DNA of 64,000 nucleotides. Origin: Podarcis liolepis. Its lineage: Eukaryota. A program made the translations under genes and the position numbers. Positions 39,311 through 52,705 of this stretch are shown piece after piece. The notes under the pieces were generated by a model that ran no database searches, was not told the DNA's origin, and was given only the letters and a program-made list of their open reading frames with translations. The stretch lies in assembly GCA_965112155.1 (NCBI GenBank), contig OZ218106.1. The stretch is one strand, 5' to 3'. The first letter of the stretch is position 1. Each line of letters begins with the position of its first letter.

Positions 39311-39731
39311 TTGTTGTTGTTTAGTCGTTTAGTCATGTCCAACTCTTCGTGACCCCATGGACCAGAGCACGCCAGGCACTTCTGTCTTCCACTGCCTCTC
39401 GCAGTTTGGTCAAACTCATGCTGGTAGCTTCGAGAACACTATCCAACCATCTTGTCCCCTGTCGTCCCCTTCTCCTTGTGCCCTCCATCTTTCCCAACAT
39501 CAGGGTCTTTTCCAGGGAGTCTTCTCTTCTGGCCAAAGTATTGGAGCCTCAGCTTCACTGTCCTTCCAGTGAGCACTCAGGGCTGATTTCCTTCAGAATG
39601 GAGAGGTTTGATCTTCTTGCAGTCCATGGGACTCTCAAGAGTCTCCTCCAGCACCATAATTCAAAAGCATCAATTCTTCAGCGATCAGCCTTCTTTATGG
39701 TCCAGCTCTCACTTCCATACATCACTACTGG
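39311..39731 (-). mobile_element. BovB (RTE clade) LINE, 5'-truncated 3' end
   Basis: Encodes YGSESWTIKKAD..RIDAFELWCWRRLLRVPWTARRSN and SLEKTLMLGKMEGTRRRGRQ.TRWLDSV...WRALVHGVTKS; (CAA)n tail. Confidence 0.95.
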
Positions 39732-41184
39732 GGTCCTTTACTACTCTACAATTCTATTATTCTAGAGCAAGGAATTGGTATTTTTTATTTTTTAAAATTG
39801 GACAAGTTACACCAAGAGGGAGCACAAGCAAATATGTGATAGAGTATAAAAGTACCTGCTTGAGGTAAGTGCTTCTGGGGGAGGATTTTTGTTCTAATGA
39901 ATCTCTTTCTTGCACCAAACATGTCAGAAATAAAGCTTTCTTGTATGATTCTGATGTTGGTCCCTCATTCCCCAGTCAGCAGGGGTCAGGCCTGACAACT
40001 CACTTAACTTCTTATGGAGACAGAATATCTCTTGACTCGTGTAACTTAAAGTAAGCCCTCTGGCTGAATACATAAGACAGGATCCGCCAGGAGACCCGTC
40101 CTTTCCTTTCCTCGCAGTCTCTCTGTGATGCAAGGTTTCAAGGAAGGCAAGATGAAAACAGATAAAAGAAAAAGAGCTCTCGATGGAGCTTTTTTTTGAA
40201 TCCCAAGAGTATGGACCCCAAGTTAAACTCCCAACTTTGATTCAAATATATAACTCCACAAGCCTTGATCAACCAAACCCACGCACTGCCACTAGAGGAC
40301 ATCTTAGCTTGATAGCAATGGCTAGGTTTGCAAAGCACAAAACACACAGGCACACCTCGCCCATCCAAAAGCAGCTATATAGACTATTTCAAGAAGAAAA
40401 TCAGGTCACTGGCATTTACATATAAATCACATTTTAGTAATATATCCCTTGTAATAGACAGACTGTTCTTTCAATAGTGAGTTCTTACACAGCGAGTAAG
40501 ACTAGAAAGATCCCCGTGACTGGGAAGGAGATTTCATTGTGAAGTAGAGAGTTTCCCACCACAGCTGGCACCTTTCCTTTTTTTTTTTTTTTAAAAAAAA
40601 GCATCAGATTTGTCATTTTAAAGCAGATGATAGGATAACTTGTAGTTTTATATACACTATTTAGAAAAAAAATGCCAAAAAGAATAGTTTACCCAGGAAA
40701 TAGTACATTAATCACATTTTAGACCTCTCCTGAAATCTAGAGACCTCCACTTCTTCAGACTTAGGCCGCAATCCTAACTGTATGTACTCAGAATCAAATC
40801 CTACTGAATTCAGTCGGGTTTACTCTCAGTTAAGCTAACTTTCAATTTTACACATTCGTCTTAAAGGGATTAATTTGGAGGTATATGCCATTAATTTCTT
40901 TATAATTAATTTCTAAGTATATCTAGAGGTTAACAGGCCATGCAAAAAAAAACCCCAACTACTGCACTTCAGCAGTTCCTTGGGTTCTGCATAAGGATGT
41001 AAGAAGCCCTATAGAAAATATTCAGTAATCACATCAAAATTCTCTAGACCAGAGTAGACCAACAGGGTGTCCACCTGATGCCGCTGAGCTCCAACTGCTA
41101 TCAATTCCAGCATGGTCAATGTTCAGGGGTGATGGAAGTTGTCATCTATCATGATATGGAGGGCACCACTTTGGCTGCCCCAGA

Positions 41185-41565
41185 TTTAGACTGGGGTGGG
41201 GGAGAAATTTGATTTAGTTTGCATTTGAAGGCAAATCTACCTAATTCAGTTTTTCTGAAACAATACATAAACCAAAGCACGATCATACTTTGACAACTGC
41301 ACTTCTCTGAATTTTGCAGTGAAGTTTTCCAGTCAAGCAATTTGAATGAAAAAAATGCATATCTCAGGGTAAAGTGTGCATATATGTGTTTATTGAATTG
41401 CATTGAAATGTTGGCTTATTGGGAGAAATTTGCATTAAGATACCGATGAATTTTCAAGAGAACTTTAAAAAGCACTTCAAACTGATTTGGAAATGAGGAG
41501 AACTGAACTTTAGACTGGGAAAATGAGAAATCGAGAGAATCCAAAACTGGAAGATTTAACGACAC
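41185..41565. mobile_element. Older interspersed repeat; related copies at ~5245-5625 and ~60340-60540
   Basis: Shared tttgatttagttt.catt.taa.gcaaa...aaaaatgcatat...gggaaatttgcattaa...gatgaattttca. Confidence 0.55.
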
Positions 41566-44425
41566 CTACTTTCGATTATATACTGTATGTTCTACTTGAG
41601 ACGGACAATCCAAATTTGGTGGCAACCTAGACATGACCATGCACATTGCTGAGTAGTATCTCTGATTTCCATTTCCTATAGTGTTTTGCCTGAGCAGGAG
41701 CTTGCCAGGACCCACAAAAATTGTATCCATTTTTCCATTCAGCAAACTTGGATGGCAACTGTGTCGAGATTCAAGCCTATATAAGTAGAAGCTGGCAACT
41801 CTCCAGGCACCCGGCTTGATCTCCTGTTGACCTCCCTGTCTGCATTCCTCAGCAAGATCCAGGCAGAGGTCACGATAGGCGATCCTTCTCAGCGTGAGAA
41901 GAACACCCCCCTCTTTCTTGCCCCCTCGGCAGGGGAAAGAGATAGACAGAAACGTATTTACATGCCTTTATTTCTGTCTTTGCAGCATTACAAAAAACAT
42001 GACTGCTCTCTTCAAACTCCAGCAGTCGAGTGACAAACACTTCCTGTACTTACTGGACAGGAACAAAAGGAAGAGCTCATATTACACTCTGAGCTAATTC
42101 AGGTGCTTCGCACTGTGAATTGACTGTCCCTCTGTTTCCCACGGACAGTCCCAACATCATGTGATGTTTTCAAGCTAGCAGCTCGCAGCTGCATTGCTTC
42201 TATATCGTAACAAACTGTTAACTGCCACCACAAGAACCACAGCGGATGTTTTACAGCACACATAGCTGAATCATGAATTTTGCAACTGCATGGTGTTATA
42301 GGGAGGACCCTGCTAAACCCAGGAAACAAATAAATGGTGGAATTTTGATTATTTGGGATATGCATGAAAATACTCACTGCAGAACTGTGCTAGACAAGGA
42401 ATCCCTGAGCTGGCTTATGCAAACCAACCTGGCCAGCCTAGTGAAGAGCAAAGCCATTAACATGACCAAGGGTGCTGATGGCCCATCTAAGACAGGGGTT
42501 GCCAAGGTGATGGGGAGGGGGTGAGGTGACAGGGAAAGAGAGTCTTGAACAAGGTGTGTTAGGAGGAGAAAGAAAAAGAAAAAGGAGGAGGAGGAGGAGG
42601 AGGAGGGAAAAGAGATCCATCTCAGGCAGGCAGGCTGAAGGCAGGTTGGATGAGATGCTTTGGGCTCCAGTGCTGCACTGCTATGGGGAACAAGCCCCTC
42701 TTGAGATGCCTATGGCCCTGTGGGGGGCGGCTTCCAATTTTTGTAACAGTATGCTAACATTTGAGTTTGGGGAGATTTTTTTTTTCAAGCATGAGGAGAA
42801 AATAGAAGGTGAAATCAGTGTGAAGCTCCTAAGAAATAAATATATTCCATGAAAAATAGCTTTGTGTGTTTGTGTGTGTTGAGCATGGTTGCATGTGGGT
42901 TTGGCCTTATGCATTACTGTAATGCAACACCCATCAGTTTTCCAGTCAGGTCATGTGGACGTCAGCCCAAAAAAGGTTCTCCATACCTAATGGAGAGCAC
43001 AGACAATGCCACTATGCAGAGTTCTACTCTTGACAGAGATTTTTCCATGCTACAGTCTGTCACCAGAAGCAACTGGTGGTGAGCAAAATCTCTCCACTCA
43101 ATGAGAGTCATCCACACATAGGGCAGCTCTTACTCACAGGTTGTTTCCATGGATTGGTATGTGGTCCCTGAAAGACTTTAGATAGGCACTCACACAAAAT
43201 ATACTTTAAAAGGCATCTAATTCATTCATCTTAGCTGCCCTTTCTTTCCAAGTGCAATTCAAAAGCTGTAGCTTCTCAAGTGTACATTTTGCCTCCTACT
43301 GTAAAAGGTGTGCCCCTTAATCAAAACTTTAAAAAGAGCAATGCGAATACTGAGGGGGAAAAGTGCCACAAGAAACCTTTTGAAATTATGTATTCCATCT
43401 GGGAAATTGAAATATATTCTTTAGTTGCTGCCTCCCTTTCACAAAATAAAAAAAGAGAAAGACTATCAATATTCTGTGGAGGAGATTGAGTGAACATTTC
43501 CACCACGGAAACCTAAATAGTTTCAATAGAATATATTTCAATGCAGGCTATTCAGAGTCTTTCAAGGGAAGAAGCACAATAAAAAGAAACCCAGATCTCT
43601 TTCTTTTCTGATTCTTGGCTGGAGGCAAGTGGTTTCTGAAAGAGAATTTTTAGCATTTGAAGGAAAGAGCTTCCTGCATTTTGTGCACAAATGATCATTG
43701 GGCAGTAACAACATAGCCATATCCAAGGCTACCAAAAATAATGGACAAAGTTTGTGTCTGTGTGTGGGAGTGGGGTGTTAGAAGGAGTCAACTGATTTAC
43801 AAAATGTGCAGTAATAACAGACCTCACTTTAAAACAGAGAGAGGGAAATATGCTGTAACAGCATGTAAGGAATCTGCCTCAAATACATTGCTCCTTTTCA
43901 GTATGAGGAATGTGTATCAAATACATCGCTGCTTTTAAGTGTGAAAATATTGTTGGTGCCTCTGGAAACTCACTCAGATCTGAAAATCTCTTTATAGTTC
44001 AGTTGTCAACCCTTCTAAACTCACATTGAAGGAGGAAATTTATTTTGTAAAACCTTCCAAAATTTGTCTTGAGGCAAACACCATTGGCTACAAAGATGCC
44101 TCTGAATAATGAAAAAACATTAATATTGGTAAATAGATGAAAGTATATCCCTTCATCTGAAGATGTTAAAGGACTTGCTCCAAGTGGTACTAGAGACTAC
44201 AGGTACATGGGTTTTTGAAAGCTTCACAGAGACTCGCATTCAAACAAATGAAAATTTGGTAGCATTCATAATGAGTGAGCTAAAGAGTTCAGGTTGTAGA
44301 AAAAGCTTGGGACATTATACATGTAGACTGAGTTTCATCCCAATTATTTCTACTCAATCCCAATTATTTCTGATGCTGTCATTATCATGAAATAATGTCA
44401 AGTATAGTTTTCCTTTCAGTAAGGA

Positions 44426-44796
44426 CCGGGACGCGGGTGGCGCTGTGGGTAAAACCTCAGCGCCTAGGGCTTGCTGATCGCATGGTCAGCGGTTCAAATC
44501 CCCGCGGCGGGGTGAGCTCCCGTCTTTCGGTCCCAGCTCCTGCCCACCTAGCAGTTCGAAAGCACGTCAAAGTGCAAGTAGATAAATAGGTACCGCTTTA
44601 TAGCGGGAAGGTAAATGGCATTTCCGTGTGCTGCGCTGGTGCTGGCTCGCCAGAGCAGCTTTGTCACGCTGGCCATGTGACCCGGAAGTGTCTCTGGACA
44701 GCGCTGGCCCCCGGCCTCTTAAGTGAGATGGGCGCACAACCCTAGAGTCAGACATGACTGCCCCGTACGGGCAGGGGTACCTTTACCTTTACCTTT
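44426..44796 (+). mobile_element. Sauria SINE, full length, young
   Basis: gggacgcgggtggcgctgtggg head with B-box ggttcaaatcc, (ACCTTT)n tail, CpGs intact, perfect 23-bp TSD (44403-44425 / 44797-44819). Confidence 0.95.
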
Positions 44797-44842
44797 TATA
44801 GTTTTCCTTTCAGTAAGGAACATAAGATTGTCTTCCATTTAC

Positions 44843-45391
44843 AGGACTGCCTCTCCTGGTATGCCCCACAGAGGACCTTAAGGTCCATGAATAATCATAG
44901 TTTAGAGGTCCCGGGCCCTAAGGAAGTCAGATTATCCTTCACCAGGGCCAGGGCCTTCTTAGTGATGGCTCCGACCTGGTGGAATGCTCTGTCCCATGAG
45001 ACCAGGGCCCTGCAGGATTTAACCTCCTTCAGCAGGGCCTGTAAGACAGAGCTATTCCGCCTGGCTTTCAATTTGAATTTAGCCTGATCTTTTATTCCCC
45101 TTCCTTCCCTCCCCCTCCCCTTTTTATGAAGATTACCCGCTCTGGGATCCCACAGCTAATTCTCCCCTGGCCTCCTTGCTGGCCCAAATAGGACTAATTT
45201 AGCCAGCTAGCCCTGGTGATCATCTAATGTTTATTGGATGGATTTCCCCTAAATTGATTTTAGGACTTTGAATTATTGTTATTCACACTTTTATACTATA
45301 TTTTATGCTGGTTTTTTGTATTATCACAATTAAGTGTTTTAAATTTGTTGTTAGCTGCCCTGATCCCGGTTTTCTGATGGGGTATAAATAA

Positions 45392-45438
<47 letters not shown>
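44843..45438 (+). mobile_element. L2 LINE 3' end with (TTA)n tail
   Basis: RARAFLVMAPTWWNALS...SFSRACKTELF matches the L2 ORF2 C-terminus (RAFS..AP.LWN.LP); tail at 45392-45438. Confidence 0.85.
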
Positions 45439-45439
<1 letters not shown>

Positions 45440-45634
45440 TGAAGGAGAGAAGTCTAATAATACTGTGCCTTCCTTTCTGAAAAGCCAACTTCGGGGCCAT
45501 TTCTCCAGCAGTTGCTTTTCTGGGCAGGAAAGACTTATGGTAAGCAAAAAAGTCACAACTACTACTGGGACACAGAAGAGCACAGCAGTTCTTCGTCCAC
45601 TCCTTTCCTTGTAGCTCCAGTGGCACCTTCTGTT

Positions 45635-46003
45635 TCCAGGATGGAAAACCTCAGAGCCAGGGGCCAAATGTGTCCCTCACTCAAGCGTTTGTATCTGGTG
45701 CTCAGGATTCTCCTCAGTCGGACCCTGCACCACTGACTGGTCTTGCTGCATGCCTTACTTGCGTGCTTTTGCTGGGCTGGAATGTGTCCGTGAACTATAA
45801 TCATGCCTCTTGCTTTGCTGGATGGATGGTAGAGATGGGCAAGTGAGCATGTGTAGAACCTGCCCTATTGTACAAAGACAAACTTTACATTCATTGCCCT
45901 GCCCACTTTTGCCTCTGGTCCTGCCCATTATTGGCATGTGGCCCCTGGAAGGTTGCTCAGAAGGAAGTGTGGCCCTCGGGCTGTAAGGCATTATTTCCCC
46001 GTG
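45635..46003. mobile_element. Probable hAT-type MITE
   Basis: caggatggaaaacctc...ggggccaaatgtgtccc and gtggccctcgggctg...ttcccc inverted-like ends. Confidence 0.45.
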
Positions 46004-46886
46004 TTTGATTTCTTTGCAAATGTAGAGGATGAAAAGAGATGCCAGGCAGGCAATTGCAAGTGGAAGCAGGCCTCACACTCAACTAGTTCAAAGCAAAATG
46101 TGAGCCAGCTTGCTTCTCTAGCCTTAGAAGCAATTAGATAATTACAGATTTTACCATATTAACTCCATAAGCTGATAGTTCATCTGGAATGATGATAGAG
46201 TGGAGGGAGAAATCCTATCTCCGTCCTTGAGGTTTTCATAAAAGCTGTGGATTTCATTATTCACTTTGCTGCCTGTGCAGTTATGTAGAACATTGTTTCC
46301 CACCGCCAAGGTAGTTACAGCCAGCTCGGAGAGCCAGCCGTTTCATGCATTCATTGGGTAAGAGGTGCCTTTCACTCCTTCTGTAAAAATCGCTGGTCTT
46401 CAGCTAGTGCTTTTTGAGGCAGATGGAGGAAAAATGGAAATTGGGATTAGGGAGGCCAAAAATAGAGTGTGCTTAGTACCAGAGACTAAAAAGCAGCGTA
46501 TATGAGCAAGGAGGAGAGGCTATTACGAATGTCAGTCAAACTCTACTTTTAAAACTTGGAGATAGAAGAATAATCAGCGGGACAGATTTGCAGCTTGTCA
46601 TTACCAATAGCCACCTCTAGCATGATTAATGATGTGAAAGCCCAGCGTGAGATATTCTCTCTGGTGTCCAAAAGTTCTGTTAAAAGTATCTAGGCAGCTT
46701 CTGCAAAAACAGATTCCTTAGTTGTCAACTGCATTACATCCTCTCTCCATGCTTCTCCTCTGAATACTGAATATATCTACTTTTCTAACTTCAGAAGCAA
46801 CCAACTGCTGATTCTGACTACAGTGGAGGGAGGGGAAAAACCATCACAACCAGCTGAAGGACATAGAATAAACCTAGACTACTTAC

Positions 46887-47261
46887 CTGTTTGCTTTCTC
46901 TCTTGATGCCTTAACATTTCTCCAGAGAACTTGTATGACTAACTGCTTTGACTTACAAAGAGTCCTTATGCACAAGAGCCGTGATGCATTATGAATAATC
47001 TGAATTATGAACACTTTGGCAAGAGAGGCTGCTAGTAACTTGTGATGCTTTCAGCGATATTCTCATCCAGGTGTTTCCCTGTAGTTCTGAATTATCTCAT
47101 CTTGTTTCCAAAGTGGAACTGATGCATTAGGAATCCTTCACTGTTCTTTTTTTCCCCTTTAAATTTTGTGTTGAATGCAGTACATGTGGAATTTGCTGCC
47201 TCTTTGAGTTCCTATCATGCATTTGTGAGTCTTTCCTCGTCTATTTTGCTGTGATAAAACA
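46887..47261 (-). other. Candidate non-coding or poison exon (375 nt)
   Basis: Strong acceptor tttccttttccttttgcag| and consensus donor cag|gtaagt; stops in all three frames. Confidence 0.35.
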
Positions 47262-47944
47262 CTGCAAAAGGAAAAGGAAAAGCAATTGTACATACATGTG
47301 ATTGCATCAAGATCCTTTTGTGTGTGGTGTTTTACTATTTTTCACACATGCATGGATGTACTAGTAAAATAACACACAAAACCAACCTTCATGAATGGAA
47401 ATGCTGTTACATGGCTTTTGCTGTTAGCTTCCATTTTGTGTTTGGGGCTAACCAAAGATTGCTTTAGCTAAAACACAGGAACATGGGAATGACCATTCTT
47501 TCTTGATGTTACATCCAGTCTTGTAGTTGATTTCTCTATGCTTGGCCTTCTTGTCAGTGAGGTCATGAGGATCCAGGAAGTTGACTCATGGACTACCAGG
47601 GAGCTAGGTTGCAATAACAATAATAAGGCAAAATGATTGGTAAGATCACCAAATGATGGTTTATGCATCTAAAAGCCCCTACATTGAGCTCCAGAGACAA
47701 ACTTTCTCCATAAACCAGAAATTTTACACAAATATAGATGCAGATAGAAATGACCTACCCATTAGACAGGTGGAAGCAGCTGCCTCATGTGACAGAATCC
47801 CGCAGGGCCCCACCCACCCCTTTCACTAGGGTGTCATGGCAGCGGCTTCCAGAAAATTCTTATGAGAACTTGCTGGAAGCTCCCACAACTCAACCCCAGT
47901 AAGTGAGACTTCAGCAATGAGGGCAGCTGTGAGGAGTCCAGGTT

Positions 47945-48361
47945 CCCACATAGAGTGCATTGCAGTAGTCCAAGTGAGAGATAACTAGAGCATGCACCAC
48001 TCTGGTGAGACAGTCTGCAGGCAGATAGGATCTCAGCCTGCATACCAGATGGAGCTGGCAAACAGCTGCCCTGGACACAGAATTGACCTGTGCCTCCATG
48101 GACAGCTGTGAATCCAAAATGACTCCCAGGCTGTGCACCTGGTCCTTCAGGGGCAGAGTCACCCCATTCAGGACCATGGAGTCCTCCACACCTGCCCGCC
48201 TCCTGTCCCCCCAAAACAGTACTTCTGTCTTGTCAGGATTCAACTTCAATCTGTTAGCTGCCATCCATCCTCCAACCGCCTCCAGACACTCACACAGGAC
48301 CTTCACTGGTTCTGATTTGAAAGAGAGGTAGAGCTGGGTATCATCCGCATACTGATAAACA
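47945..48361 (-). mobile_element. L2 LINE reverse-transcriptase fragment
   Basis: YQYADDTQLYLSF, WMAANRLKLNPDKTEVL, LGVILDSQLSME, HALVISHLDYCNALY. Confidence 0.95.
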
Positions 48362-51300
48362 CTAGGCATATGCAAGAAAAACAGCATGAGTCACCAGGAA
48401 GACACTTGGTATAGTTATTGTTCTTGAAAGATAAATACATTTAGAAATAGCATCTACAAGATAAATCTTCCAGTTGAATCATCCTTGTTTACACGCCCCA
48501 ATCTTAGCAGAACCTTCCCTGCCATATTACTGGGTCTTCTCTCCTGTAACCCCTCCCCAATGCCCAGGCACACCTAGCTGTAATTTATCCAATCCCCTTT
48601 CATTTCCTCATTTTAACTGCCTCCCATTGGTCATCATGCCGGCTCACCTAAACACACTTTTGGATCTAAGCCCAATGGATACATGCCTATCTAAGCCCAA
48701 GTTTTAGCCTTAGTTGCTGTCAAGTCTTCTCCCTCTGTGCAACCTCTCTGTGTATCCCACGAACACAGAATCACATCTTTATGTCAACGTTGGACTTCAA
48801 ACCTAAGGCACAGCAAAGAGTCTATGCTGCTGATCCTGCACTCCAATATATTGAGGCCAAAAACTGGAATGTGCACCTTCCCAGCTGCACTCCCACATGA
48901 CTCACATGACCTGCGTGAGATCACTGAGCCCCAAAACACATATTTTGGGGCAAAATGCATGAGATTGTGACCTCACGATGGGATGTCTCAATTTAATTAG
49001 GGCAGTTGAGGGGTGGGCAATGGGGTTTATCAAGACATAAGCTGCTATTTTCAGAGCATATAATTTGGTTAAGTTATTTACGATCAAGTTGCTTATCTGA
49101 ACCAAGTCCGAAATTTCCCATAAATAAAATATTTTTTAATGAAAATGAAATCTTGGAATGGTCTGAGGAAAGGAGAACAGATGGGGCCTGCCTTTTAAGT
49201 CCTCGGAGACGACCAGGAAGAGCAAAGTCTTCTGTCTGGTCCACTCATGATCATTTTCAATAAACAGTATTTTAAACGAGGGAGGGAAACCGCAGATGGT
49301 GGGCATTTGTACTTCTTGTGTTGTACTATATAATGAGTAATAGTAAAGAGAAAATTCAAAACACAGACATTGTTTAATTTCCGATAACAGCTGGTGATAA
49401 CATGGGTACACAAACCTTCTGAGGCTTTCAAGTCAAGCTGTTGCTTCTCCATTCCCTCTGAAGGAATGTGTGAGGCTGGTTCAACATATGCCTCAGAATG
49501 AAATGGAAATAACAAGACAGAATGTTGAGGTACTTGACAACACAACTTCATCCTGCAGGTGGGGGAAATTGTGATCCTTCCTTTAATACAAAACAGAAAT
49601 ATTGATAAGTAGAAAACTAGCCAAGCTAGATTTTTAAGTGCGGGAAAGTGTTATGCAGTCAAACTCTTTTTAAAACAACAACTCTTTTTTAAAAAATGTA
49701 TCCCCTACATGCAGTTTGAAGTGCTACAGTCCATTTTGCCAGACAGCATTTTATTACCTCACTCTGATGTAAGTATAGACCAGCCTTCAACAACCCGGTG
49801 CCCTGACGATGTCTGGGATTACAACTTCCACAGCTGGGAAGCTGAGGCTGTTGGGGGTTATAGGCCAAAACACCTGGAAGGTACCACATTGGTGATGGCT
49901 AGCACAGACAATGCTTCAAACTTTCTCCTTGTGCAGGAATAAAGTAAAATAAAATAAACCCTCAACTATCAATCTGCAAAGCAGCAAATCATAAAGGTAA
50001 AATATGATGTTATAAAAAAGTTAGAACTGTTCCTCTCCAAATGCTTCTGGGGACTATTTGCCTAGCAGCATCTATGTTGGAACATTCAAAGCTAGAGGCT
50101 AATAATTTCATTTTTAGGAAGTCATAAACATCAATCCTTTTCATCAGATGATGAAAAGTAGTGTTGACTGAGTGTATCCAAATGACAAACATGTTATTGT
50201 GATATCAGTTGCAGATGCTTTAAGTATTATGATTCCTGTCTGTTTTGGTGACAGGCAAAGCAGAAGTAAATTTGTCTTCAAGAAAGGGTAAGATAATCAA
50301 TGGGTATCTGTGGTGAGGTCAAAAAGATAATCTCTGTGTTTTGTCCTGATCATAAAATAATCATTCATCACCAGCATCATTTCATGGCTATAATTTGCCT
50401 GGAGTTAGCCTTTTAAATGTGTGTATATTTAGAAAATCAGAGTGTAGTCAATATGCTAAGGAATATTTATATAGGATGCTTTGTTTGCACGTTACAATTA
50501 AATTAGAGAAACCTAATAGCCTATTTTGATAAAACTAGGTATTAGAGTAAGCAAATGTAAGAACTCCCCTATGTATTGCATTATGGTCCCCAACCATCTG
50601 CAGCATTTGATGGGGAGGGATATCAGGCTGCAAGAGACAGAACTTCCATTAGTGGATGCCAGAAATGCCCTTAATATGAGAGGAACTCTTCCCACAGATC
50701 CAACTCCATGCTTTGTTAACAATGAAAGCTGGGATATGCGCAGATCAAAACTGAGCCTCTACTTCTAATCTTTAACATGAATATTTCATAAATAGAAAAA
50801 TGTAGGTATTGATAAATCCAGAAAACATTTTCACTTTTGCAATAGAATTTTTCTTTCCTTTCTTCTCCAGTAGCCCTCACACAAACTCCAAAATTTGCCG
50901 GGGGGGGGGAACCACCTCAAGCAGATTAGGGGGCGGCATGTGGAGGATGTGAGGGGGGGGGCTGCAGAGGGAACCTCAGTCCATTCCACAAACAATTTCT
51001 ATTTCATTGGAGGGCCTTTTGATTTCACCCATAATATCACCAAGATATGTAATGATCAGATACTTTTGTTTCAAGAACTAGCAATCAATATAAAAATGAA
51101 AAGACTGCCTTTCTGTCAATATTTTGAAAGGCACATAGTTATCACATTAATCATGCAACATGTCAGGGCGAGATCAAAGTTTGAGAAACTTGGGCCACAA
51201 ACAATATTAAACAATCTATTAAGGTATCGAACAAGGAAATAATGGCAGGATTTCCTGGCAACTTGCCCATATCAAACTAAATGGGAGGAAGGCTTGGAGT

Positions 51301-52439
51301 TTTGCTGCACTGCAAGATGCATGAGAATTGATTTGGTATAATATATCCTATAAACTGATATGCATAATCCTGAAGGAATATGTCTCTCAAATATGTTTCA
51401 GCAGCACTTAACACTATGTAATTTCAACAACAGAAACCTAATTTCAACAATGGAAAAACCCTGGAAATGTGAATTATAAAACAGCCCAACAGCTTTTATG
51501 CATATATGATGGCATTGCAACAAATATTTTTTAAAAAAAACACCAAACATTCTGGAGGAAAGTTACAAAACAAATCAGGGAAATATTGGGATATGATTTG
51601 CCAAGGGATCTAGTGGTCTTACATTTGTATTATCTGGAGGGCCGAACTGAAACATATAATGAATAATTTGTTTCAGATCAATGCACTGCATATAGCAGAT
51701 AAGTGGAAGGATAATGCTGAAACTGCTTTAATGAATGTCTTTTTAAAAATGCAGAAAGCAGAAATAGTGAAATTATGTTAGAATAAGTTATAGATAACAA
51801 CAGGAACATATATTTATTGAAAACTGGATAATGTTTATTCAGTACAGTACAGTACTGGAATGTAAATAAGTAGCTGCCGTATACCACATCAGCCTATTCA
51901 TTCATCTAACTAGTTTTGCCTACTACTCAGAATCCCAGCAGGTAAATGCAATTGCTCAGTGAATTTTTCCTCTTTCTCCCCAGTTATAATTAATTCCAGG
52001 CTAGTTCTGTATTCTTCAAATTGCAACCTCCCTGGTATCTATATTTGGAAGTACATTATCTACTGATTTGGGGAGATGATGTTGTCATTGTAGCAATACT
52101 TACACTGGCGGCGGCTGTGTGAGATCTTCCTGAAGTTATTGGTTATTTAGCTCCAAGATGAATATCCTGCAAGGAAATATGAGAGGAACAACAGGCAGAG
52201 TGGAATGTCATCTTTAGTGTACCTATAAAACATGTAGGAGGACAAGCGTTATTAATCAGCTCTTTGTTTCATTTTGTTCTTCCTGGCTGTATGCAGTTTG
52301 TCAATCTATCACCAAATCCCCATCAAAAAGCCGCTTGTTTTCAGGCATTCTGGGTTGTCCATTAACTTCTGTGGGCATATTTTTATGTATGCTTCCTCTT
52401 TTTCTCAGGTTTCACATTGTTCCATCATTGTAAGTGGGA

Positions 52440-52705
52440 GTGAACCCTGATCAAGACCCCTGATTAAGTTTCAGGACCCAGTTACCTGGAGGAATGTCTC
52501 TCCCATGATTAAAGGTCTTCCAGGAAGACCCTTCTGGTTGCATTGGCACCAAATAAAGCCTGGCATACCAGGAACATGTGACAGGGCCTTCTTGGTGGTT
52601 GAACCACAGATGTGGGTCACTCTTCCCCCTGAGTTTTAACTGATATCAGTATTACCCGACTTTCATCACCATTTTGAAATGTTTGCATCCCACCAGGCAT
52701 TCCAA
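52440..52705 (+). mobile_element. Degraded L2 LINE 3' fragment
   Basis: ggacccagttacctggaggaatgtctctccc...acagggccttcttggtggtt...tgtgg...cttccc similar to 44843-45060. Confidence 0.55.

Noticed and set aside
39349-39765. 138-aa plus ORF
   Set aside because: Antisense of the BovB fragment.
47911-48387. 158-aa ORF as a host gene
   Set aside because: L2 reverse-transcriptase remnant.
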